This document shows positions 56,895 through 64,000 of a DNA stretch of 64,000 nucleotides, piece after piece (positions within the stretch are counted from its first letter, which is position 1; the number at the start of each line of letters is the position of its first letter). The DNA is taken from the sequence record MK373794.1, one strand, 5' to 3'. Made by a program: the position numbers and the translations under genes. Origin of the DNA: Escherichia phage vB_EcoS_HdK1. The notes beneath the pieces were generated by a model. It made no database searches. It saw only the letters and a program-made list of their open reading frames with translations, and was not told the origin of the DNA.

Positions 56895-57260
56895 CTATGG
56901 AAACGATTCAACAATCTTCTTATATCGCTCACCAGCAACTTTCTTTTCCATTTCAGACATGGTATCTTTAATGTCCATGTCGATACAACAGAACGGGTCA
57001 CTTGGAAGTAGATAGAAACCTAAACGCAAGTTATGACCAATCTCGTTATAATAACGAACGCAGCGTTCAGCATCTTCAAAAGACATAAGTAAATGCAGGT
57101 TAGACGGTTTCTTATCATTACCGTCTTTACGAAGTGGGACCATATCCCCTAAATCATCGTCCCATACATAAGGTTGTTTTTCTGATGATGTACCCGGATG
57201 GAAACCGCAGACAGCCCACTGTTCGTATTGTTTAATTTCTTGAGGAAAAAGTTCCAGCAT
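56895..57260 (-). CDS. primase-polymerase (AEP superfamily) N-terminal fragment
   Basis: Prim-pol-like pattern EQWAVCGF...KKP...LMSFEDAER...GHNLRLGFYLLPSDPFCCIDMDIKD (DxD motif); downstream SGDGLHTW motif in a shifted frame. Confidence 0.5.
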   Translation of the reverse strand: MLELFPQEIKQYEQWAVCGFHPGTSSEKQPYVWDDDLGDMVPLRKDGNDKKPSNLHLLMSFEDAERCVRYYNEIGHNLRLGFYLLPSDPFCCIDMDIKDTMSEMEKKVAGERYKKIVESFP

Positions 57261-57269
57261 GTTATTACC

Positions 57270-57506
57270 TTAAAACGTAGCGGGATTAATTTCAAATAAC
57301 GAACGTGATGGTACAACATCAAAGTTGACATCTACCAGCTTAAAAGAATTCGTGTAAACACACCATGTACCGACTTTTTCATTAAAGACGGGCTTGTCAT
57401 TATTAAATGCGTACACGCAACCATCAGAATCTGTTGCAATATATCTTGTGTCTTTTGGTACTTCTACATCTGAACCATAATAGTGAACGATAATTAAATC
57501 TGACAT
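57270..57506 (-). CDS. hypothetical protein (78 aa)
   Basis: AGGAGA RBS before ATG at 57506. Confidence 0.5.
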   Translation of the reverse strand: MSDLIIVHYYGSDVEVPKDTRYIATDSDGCVYAFNNDKPVFNEKVGTWCVYTNSFKLVDVNFDVVPSRSLFEINPATF

Positions 57507-57556
57507 GTTATTCTCCTACGATCCATTAGGACACACATAGTATATACTGATGGATC

Positions 57557-57576
57557 GCAGGGGGCTAACCCCCTGC
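57557..57576. other. perfect GC-rich hairpin (8-bp stem gcaggggg / ccccctgc, loop ctaa) in an intergenic gap
   Basis: Read directly; no adjacent U-tract on either strand, so it may be an RNA processing or regulatory structure rather than a terminator. Confidence 0.4.
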
Positions 57577-57579
57577 AAA

Positions 57580-57978
57580 TTATGGTACTAAGACCCAACG
57601 ACAGGTGATAGGTTTACACGTTACTTGTTCTTTAGAGATAGTAATTCTGTCCCTGAACATTATTCTCGGATAAAAGTATTGCATGTAATTATCCGAATCC
57701 GTTTTACATTGTGCATTCAATATGCGGGAGCTAACAATAAACTTTAAATCCGCCCAATCCTCCATAGAATCAGAAAAAGATAGGATACGCCCATTTCCAC
57801 GAACTTTAGCCGTTGACTCAGCTGGTAGTCTGTGGTTAATATCACACGGTAAATCTAAAGCAGGTAGCTTCCCTTTGATTAATTTATCGGTATTAAAAGA
57901 GCCAATTTCTAAAGTATGAATATTCTGACCTTTAATTGGTTCTTCAAACTTAACATCAACAACAAGTTTGACTAGCAT
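57580..57978 (-). CDS. hypothetical protein (132 aa)
   Basis: ORF in the early-gene array. Confidence 0.45.
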   Translation of the reverse strand: MLVKLVVDVKFEEPIKGQNIHTLEIGSFNTDKLIKGKLPALDLPCDINHRLPAESTAKVRGNGRILSFSDSMEDWADLKFIVSSRILNAQCKTDSDNYMQYFYPRIMFRDRITISKEQVTCKPITCRWVLVP

Positions 57979-57992
57979 AGCTTACCCTATAA

Positions 57993-58262
57993 TCACCATA
58001 AAATTTCTACACTTTCAGTATCCAGCTGACTTAATGGTTGCTTATATGAGATTGTATATCCAAATGATACCAGTTGTTCAGTTACCTTTCTCATTACAGG
58101 ACGTGCATTAGGACTACCGATTTCACTATATGGCTTTTTAAATAATTTAATATGATCCCTGCCATCTAGAGATGCTTTAGTAATCCATTTATCCAAATCA
58201 TCAAGATATGCACTGGTATCCAGACTTTCACTATTTGTACGGGCTTCTTGTGCTGTAATCAC
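57993..58262 (-). CDS. hypothetical protein (89 aa)
   Basis: ORF in the early-gene array. Confidence 0.45.
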   Translation of the reverse strand: MITAQEARTNSESLDTSAYLDDLDKWITKASLDGRDHIKLFKKPYSEIGSPNARPVMRKVTEQLVSFGYTISYKQPLSQLDTESVEILW

Positions 58263-58264
58263 GA

Positions 58265-58573
58265 TTATTGCTCCATAGCTTGTTTCATCAATGCGTCATA
58301 GATACGTTTCGTGCTAGACGCGTTCCACAGTTGTTCGTCTGTCTGAACTTCCTGGTTCCATTGCTTGTCCAATAAACCTTCTTCATACGCATCTTTAATA
58401 CGCTTGCACAAAGTAAGGATGTCTGTTTGAAGAATATCAATTTCTTCTTGAGTTAACGGAGCATTCTTAAATGGCTCTTTAACTACTGCAATAATTGCTT
58501 CATAAATGCTGTATGCAATGCCGCCGCAACAATGTGCCTCCCGCGCAATAGCTTCACCAATGTCGTCTGTCAT
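58265..58573 (-). CDS. hypothetical protein (102 aa)
   Basis: ORF in the early-gene array; tightly packed with neighbours. Confidence 0.45.
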   Translation of the reverse strand: MTDDIGEAIAREAHCCGGIAYSIYEAIIAVVKEPFKNAPLTQEEIDILQTDILTLCKRIKDAYEEGLLDKQWNQEVQTDEQLWNASSTKRIYDALMKQAMEQ

Positions 58574-58605
58574 TTCACGCGGGATAATAACAGGATCTGC
58601 AAGGA

Positions 58606-58815
58606 TTAGATAGAGCGAAGAGCCTGCAACTCTTTCTCCAATTGGTCGATTCGCATATCACGATGTCCCAACTCCGCAGCAATAGCACTTTTACTATGCA
58701 GTTGTTCGGACGTCATTGCCATAACGTGACGAGAATAAAAACCACCAGCTTTATCTAATTCAAAAGCGTCACGCTCTTGATATAAACGCACACATTCTTT
58801 ACTCATCTTTGCCAC
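58606..58815 (-). CDS. hypothetical protein (69 aa)
   Basis: ORF in the early-gene array. Confidence 0.4.
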   Translation of the reverse strand: MAKMSKECVRLYQERDAFELDKAGGFYSRHVMAMTSEQLHSKSAIAAELGHRDMRIDQLEKELQALRSI

Positions 58816-59158
58816 CTTCTTTATTCAGTTGACTACATGCTGGAGTCCATTGTCCGTTCAATGTCCGCTTAAGATCATCTTTGCGCATACGTTCGAACCA
58901 TTCAGTGTGGTCATGAGGATTGTCGCTTACTTTATAGTCAATATTAACACACGTTTCTTTGAAATCCATACCTTCCAGGTCCACGTTATAACAGATATCT
59001 ATTTCAATACCTGGCTCAGTTAATACCCAAAAACCATCGCCATCGATACATTCGCACCACTGAGGCTCATTCTCGAACGCAGTTAAAGTACCGTCCTCGT
59101 CGACCGCAAGGTATTTCGCCCACACTGGAACAAACAACACTTCACCGAAGTATCGCAC
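58799..59158 (-). CDS. hypothetical protein (119 aa)
   Basis: ORF in the early-gene array. Confidence 0.45.
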   Translation of the reverse strand: MRYFGEVLFVPVWAKYLAVDEDGTLTAFENEPQWCECIDGDGFWVLTEPGIEIDICYNVDLEGMDFKETCVNIDYKVSDNPHDHTEWFERMRKDDLKRTLNGQWTPACSQLNKEGGKDE

Positions 59159-59175
59159 AGCCTTCTGGAGTAAGA

Positions 59176-59505
59176 TTAATTTGCATGTTCACCTCGAAGC
59201 AGACGCTCGAGCTTCGATTTATTTTTGATAAGCTGATATTGCCGATCCACCACAAGCGCCTTCTGACGGTTACGCATAAGGTATTCGAACGCACTTTGAA
59301 AATCTTCGACTTTACCTTCATAACCTAAAGCCTTGGCGACGTGCGACACGCGATGGAACAGAAAGTCCGCAAAGTCCATAATTTCCATCGCATTGACAAT
59401 AGCGTCAAGTAAATCAGGATTTATATTCGGGTCCACCTTTTTAGCTTGTTCAAGAAGTCGCACCTTTGCTTTATATAAAGGTGAATTGCTTACTGTTTGC
59501 ATCAC
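59176..59505 (-). CDS. hypothetical protein (109 aa)
   Basis: ORF in the early-gene array. Confidence 0.45.
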   Translation of the reverse strand: MMQTVSNSPLYKAKVRLLEQAKKVDPNINPDLLDAIVNAMEIMDFADFLFHRVSHVAKALGYEGKVEDFQSAFEYLMRNRQKALVVDRQYQLIKNKSKLERLLRGEHAN

Positions 59506-59771
59506 TTCCTCCAGATATCACGCGATTCTTTAATACGGATGTTATACCGTATAAGTTGCTGCATAACTTTATGCAGGTCATCGAGATGCTTCCTTAAACG
59601 AAGACGTTTCTTGATAGCCCACAAGTTCTTCATATCCGTTCGTTGGAGATCCTCCCTTAAATACAATGAAAAGTCAGTCTGGTGATCTAAGATAAATTGG
59701 ATACGCATCAAAGTATCCGACTTACGATAATCAGGATACCACTTAGGAAGCACATCTTGTTCGCCAATCAT
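59502..59771 (-). CDS. hypothetical protein (90 aa)
   Basis: ATG at 59771 with GGAG RBS; corresponds to the C-terminal third of ORF-track 59502..60278, which appears chimeric. Confidence 0.45.
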   Translation of the reverse strand: MIGEQDVLPKWYPDYRKSDTLMRIQFILDHQTDFSLYLREDLQRTDMKNLWAIKKRLRLRKHLDDLHKVMQQLIRYNIRIKESRDIWRK

Positions 59772-59772
59772 C

Positions 59773-60393
59773 TTACGCTCCAAACTGATCAATGTATTCA
59801 ATGAGCTCTTGCAATTCTTGCTGTAACTGCACATTACCACTATTATTCGTCTGAAGTCTAACGAGGCGTTCCTTGATATGTGCAATGTGGTTAGTGCCCA
59901 TCCGACGCTTCTGTACATCACACCAGCGAACAACACCATCTTCAATATATGCACGACGGGCTTTACCACGCGGGTATCGCAGCGGCGCCGAATTTCACAC
60001 TTATCGCCCACCCACTTAAAGCCCAGGATCATAACAGCGTTACCTTCCGTATCAGGACACACGTCAAAACAACTGTTGAACCCTTTACTGCGCATATACT
60101 CGTCGAGCGGAATCACCTTATCAGGCGACAACCATTGATACCCGAAGTAAATATCGACAGTGAACACCGTACCCAACATCGGAGCCGACCAGCACATATA
60201 CATCCGCCCGTCATCCAACTTCTTGACCGCATTCGGCCCGCAACACGAGGCCAGCCGCCTTCCACGCTTTGACCACATTAATCGTGTTGTCCTGCTCCTG
60301 AAAGATTGCGTCTGCCTGCATATATGTAGGCGCGTCCCAGCCCGAACATTTCCTTTACATGAGCATTAGTGATTTTAACCTTTTGATTGCGCA
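59773..60393 (-). CDS. hypothetical early protein, frameshifted (at least 2 frame changes)
   Basis: ATG at 60393 (MRNQKVKITNAHVKEMFGLGRAYIYAGR...) stops after 38 codons; protein-like sequence continues in two other frames down to a stop at 59773. Confidence 0.4.
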
Positions 60394-60446
60394 TAACCTC
60401 ACCTTTGATGATAATAAATCGATTAATTTTGAAATTCAGTTGCCGG

Positions 60447-60474
60447 TTTTATGTTTATTTTACGCAATGTGTTT
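60447..60474 (-). promoter_or_regulatory. sigma70-like promoter candidate for the leftward early operon
   Basis: Minus strand reads TTGTAT-N16-TAAAAT (revcomp of 60469..60474 and 60447..60452), about 50 nt upstream of the ATG at 60393. Confidence 0.35.
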
Positions 60475-60600
60475 TGCAATACAATATTGATATATTTTGT
60501 TTTTGCATTGCAATGTTTTTGTATTGCAAAAATTACAACAGTCTGAAGGTGAGAAATTGCAAATTTATAAAGATTGGTGAAAAAATGCACAATTTATAAA
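60455..60600. repeat. Cluster of TTGCAA / TTGCAAT palindromic half-sites and duplicated AATTTATAAAGATT element
   Basis: ttttgcaatacaat, tttgcattgcaatg, tgtattgcaaaaa, aaattgcaaattt; aatttataaagatt occurs twice (about 60562 and 60590). Confidence 0.5.
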
Positions 60601-60692
60601 GATTCAGCAATATACGAAACGGCGAAGCGAAGTGTATGAAAAATAAGGGAAAATTTCGAGAGTTGGGAGGTTTGTAGTGATTTATATTATTT

Positions 60693-63600
60693 ATAAAGGG
60701 GTCTCGTGGGGTCGTCAGTAGACAACTCAAAAATAAAAAATCTTTATAAAATTTATATAAATACACACATATACACATTTTTACCTTATTTTTCATGCAC
60801 TTACCTCCTTTCATTTCGTATATTAAGCGACAATATACGAGCAATATAAGAAATATTTGTTGCGCAACAACGAGGCGCTCACAAGCTCGCGCACGCGCAT
60901 AATGCGGGCACGCGGTCTAACACAAAAGAAAATTGAATTGCAAGCGATTTTTGCTGAGGTAACTCTCGAAGCGAAAGCGATTTGCGAGTTTGAAATTTTG
61001 TAGCCCGAAAACGATTCTATTTTATGGTATAAATGTCGGATTTTTCGGTGAAAGGTGGCTTTTCGGTGAGGTTGGGTGGCTGGGATCGGTGTAACTGGTA
61101 GCCCATAAAGCGAAAATAGCCGCGAAAACGGGGCACGCAGCGCGATTAAATGGTTGGATCAGTGTAAGGGTGGCGGTGAGGGGGCGAAAATGCCGCAAAA
61201 TCGCTTACAGGGATGCAGGGAGTGGGCCGCTGTAAGGGCGTATAAGGCGATTAAATTGGAGTCTATGGTAATGTATGGAAGATGGATTTAGGCTCTTAGA
61301 GCGCGAATGGTGGAGCTATGGGTGAGGAATATGTGGTCAGCAGGGTAGCGCGGGAGGTTATGCAGGTACAAAAACGAAAGCGCCCCGTTGGACTTCAACA
61401 GGGCGCGGATTGTATAATGCTTTTAGAAGTTATTTACTAGTTAATAATACCGCCCAGGTATTATCTGGAAGCGTACCAACTCCGAGTATCTTAAACTGAA
61501 GCGACTTGTTCTGCATGTTGTAGTTGTCGAGTAACTCCTGGGCAGCCGCAGCAGCGTTCGCTTCACCGTTCAGGTTGTAGTCGTTTGCAGTTATTGCACA
61601 CATACCGAGACCGACCGCTTTGAAGCGCATACCTTTGGATTGAGTCGGTGCAAGTGCTTTAACATGGATAGCGTTCATATTATTTATCTCCGTTACAATT
61701 TGAAAGGTTAGCAGTTTTTTAACAGGTTGATGAAGCCCACCAGCGTGGACGCTGTTGCAACCAGGCGGCCCATAGTATGCAGTTCCGCGTAAACTTTACC
61801 GTCGTCAAACACAGTTAAATAAACGTTAAGACCATTGCAACGGACGCGATATTTGCGCGAGTTATTACCAAAAGTTTCCAGCTCTGCGGTGATAGTCGCA
61901 AGATTAGCTATACGTTTGCCGATAATGCGGCGAGTGATAGTGGACTGGTTTAATACTGTAGACATAATCATTTCCTCTGTTAACTATGCGAAGTGCATAT
62001 TATTGCCCACTGTTACTATGGGCAATGTATATGTCACTCAGCGGACACATATTCTAACGCTTCTGATAGTGTAGCGAAGTAACCATCGCTCACCAGATTA
62101 ATAGCGTACTCAAGTTGATCGCGGGTCAGGTTGCGAAACTTGTTACGGATGTGATAGCAACGACCGCGATAAATAACCTGGAAATAGTTGCGTTCCATAA
62201 TTATCCCCTTATGCAACGATGAACGCGTAACCGCTTTGATCCGGGAGTTCACCACCGGAAAGAATTTCAAACTCAACGCCCGCTTTATCGCTGAACTTTT
62301 TGATAAGCTCTTCCGCTGCGGCGCGGTGGTTGCCGTAAACACCAAGATCGTCACGCCACGTGATAGTCAAGGAGCCGTTCCAACCTGTTGCTTTTACGCG
62401 CGGGTTACGGGTGGCAGTCGGGTTCATGAATTTTGTGATGATAGCTTGAGCCATGATAATTACTCCGGTAAAATTACAGTGACGTTAATATTTGCAAGGC
62501 GAGCGCACTCGCGGAAACCTTTTACATAAGCATCCATTTCGTCATAGGATGCGAAAGTTGCGTCCGGGACTGGTCCGTTGTTAATATTCACGCAATATTC
62601 GTGTTCGTCCAGGTCAACCCAACAAGTCAGAACGATAGTTTCCATATTATTTGCCCTCCGTATAATACAGACCCGCAACTATTGGAGCTCCGAAAACTAA
62701 GAAAGCTAATAAATAGAACATAATTAGTTACCCCCTTTATTGTTGAGCCCGTTGAATTTACGCCATGCGTAGAATTCAATCGTTGCATTATTAATATTCC
62801 AACCATTAGCTTTCGCAAGGTCACGGACGTTACCAATAGTTGGCACACCATCAGGCAACATATTATCCAGGGCATTCCAAACGTCTGCGCATTTACCTTT
62901 AATCGGGCGACGAACCCCGTTGCGCGTTTCGCTGCGCGTTTTGCTCTTGGCTGGAGCGACCGGAGCTTGTTGTGTGGTCACTTCCACGACAGTCGCTTTA
63001 TCAGCTTCCACCAGATCGCTAGCTGCCTTATTAACCGCGCTTTCGCTGTACCAGTAGCGACCACCGTCTTCGTGCGGTTCCTGGTGAATAAAGCTATTTG
63101 CTGTCGCAGTGTCCACATCCAGAACCTTTTTTAAGGCACGGCGAGCGTTAGACATAGTGGCGAAGAAGCGAGCGTCTTTTGCTACGCGAGTGATAGTAAC
63201 CATTGTGAATATCTCCATGTTGTTCTAGCGGATTGCTAGTGGGAGCCCACTGTTACAATGGGCAACCATTAGCACGCTATTATTGTTGAATAGCTTTATC
63301 TATCATTGCGATGAAGCAGAACACAGACCAAAGGCTATTCGCTTGGCATACTGCGCGACCATACATTACGCTATAAGAGCTGACAGTACCGTCCTCGTTA
63401 ATGCGAATATATAACGCGGTGCTGGAATACTTTTCGTTGCCCGGGAGCATTACTAAATACTCGTCGAAACCCCAATCCCCGTCGACTTTTTCCGCAGTAA
63501 GGCCCAGTTGGTGCAGTCGCTTGCCAATAATGCGCTTAGTAATCTGAGATTGGGACATGGAACGCGGTAAGTAGATAATGGACATAATGCAATCTCCCTT

Positions 63601-64000
63601 CGGGTGAGGCGGGCGCGGAACCCGTGTCCCGCTTAACAACCCCCTTAACCCTACACAGTTATAGTATGACAACGGGGTATCAGATGCAACTATTATCTGC
63701 AATATTTTAGAACTTTTTTAGTTGTGTTTCATAATAATAACATCCGGGACTATGCGGTAGATGGTGTGCCGGAAATACCAGGTAGCGCGAGCGTGCCGAA
63801 AATACCAGGTAACAGCACGCGCCGAACATACCAGGTAGCACATACATAGACAGCACATAGTGGGCAGGTGGATAGTAACAGATGCAATTATACTGGACGG
63901 TACAGTATAGTCATGTAATAGATAGCATACTAATTAAATAAAAAATAATAACGCGTGTAACAATAAACAACGTTACAGTAGAGCGCGCAACAGTCACATG
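60693..64000. repeat. Window-end exact duplication, copy 2 (identical to 1..3308); contains duplicate copies of the small minus-strand early genes
   Basis: Same as copy 1; all ORFs at 61430..63702 duplicate those at 738..3010. Not re-listed individually. Confidence 0.9.

Noticed and set aside
59502-60278. Single 258-aa CDS as given in the ORF track
   Set aside because: Appears chimeric: the last 90 aa form a separate gene with its own RBS and ATG at 59771, and the upstream part changes frame relative to a well-formed start at 60393.
60455-60600. Possible CRISPR array suggested by the repeated TTGCAA-containing elements
   Set aside because: Repeats are short (6-14 bp), irregularly spaced and partly palindromic; no regular repeat-spacer periodicity and no cas genes.
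1-64000. tRNA genes, integrase, repressor or attachment site (prophage/temperate signals)
   Set aside because: No cloverleaf-like conserved tRNA sequence blocks and no recombinase or repressor motifs recognised by eye; gene content is that of a lytic phage. A tRNA scan was not run, so small RNAs cannot be excluded.

Overview
The window holds one complete genome unit (60,692 bp) of a tailed dsDNA phage, plus 3,308 bp of exact wrap-around: positions 1..3308 are identical to 60693..64000. Gene content and order resemble the T1-like / 9g-Seurat-like (Queuovirinae-type) enterobacterial siphoviruses; this is recognised from motifs and layout, not from a database search. Plus strand, 3.5-34.3 kb: an HNH-AP2 endonuclease, small early ORFs (including a C39-like peptidase and an HslV-like Ntn hydrolase), a putative lysis cluster, then terS, terL, portal, scaffold, major capsid, connector proteins, major tail protein, tail assembly chaperone with a -1 slippery site, tape measure, minor tail proteins, J-like tip protein, tail fibre and Tfa. 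Minus strand, 34.4-60.4 kb and 0.7-3.0 kb: replication and recombination genes (family B DNA polymerase, SF2 helicase, primase-polymerase, RecB-like nuclease, SSB-like protein, Sak4-like ATPase, DNA ligase, RNase H, dUTPase) and many small early ORFs. The most notable system is a 7-deazaguanine DNA-modification cluster at 37.4-42.5 kb (dpdA, folE, queD, a glutamine-amidotransferase-QueC fusion, queE). This system is already described for 9g-like phages, so I cannot show it is novel here. Many essential genes (major capsid, tape measure, tail fibre, Tfa, connector, primase-polymerase and others) are split by apparent single-nucleotide frameshifts, so ORF boundaries should be treated with caution. 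No tRNA, CRISPR array, integrase or repressor was recognised. All coordinates are hand-derived from the sequence and ORF track; promoter and terminator calls are by eye.
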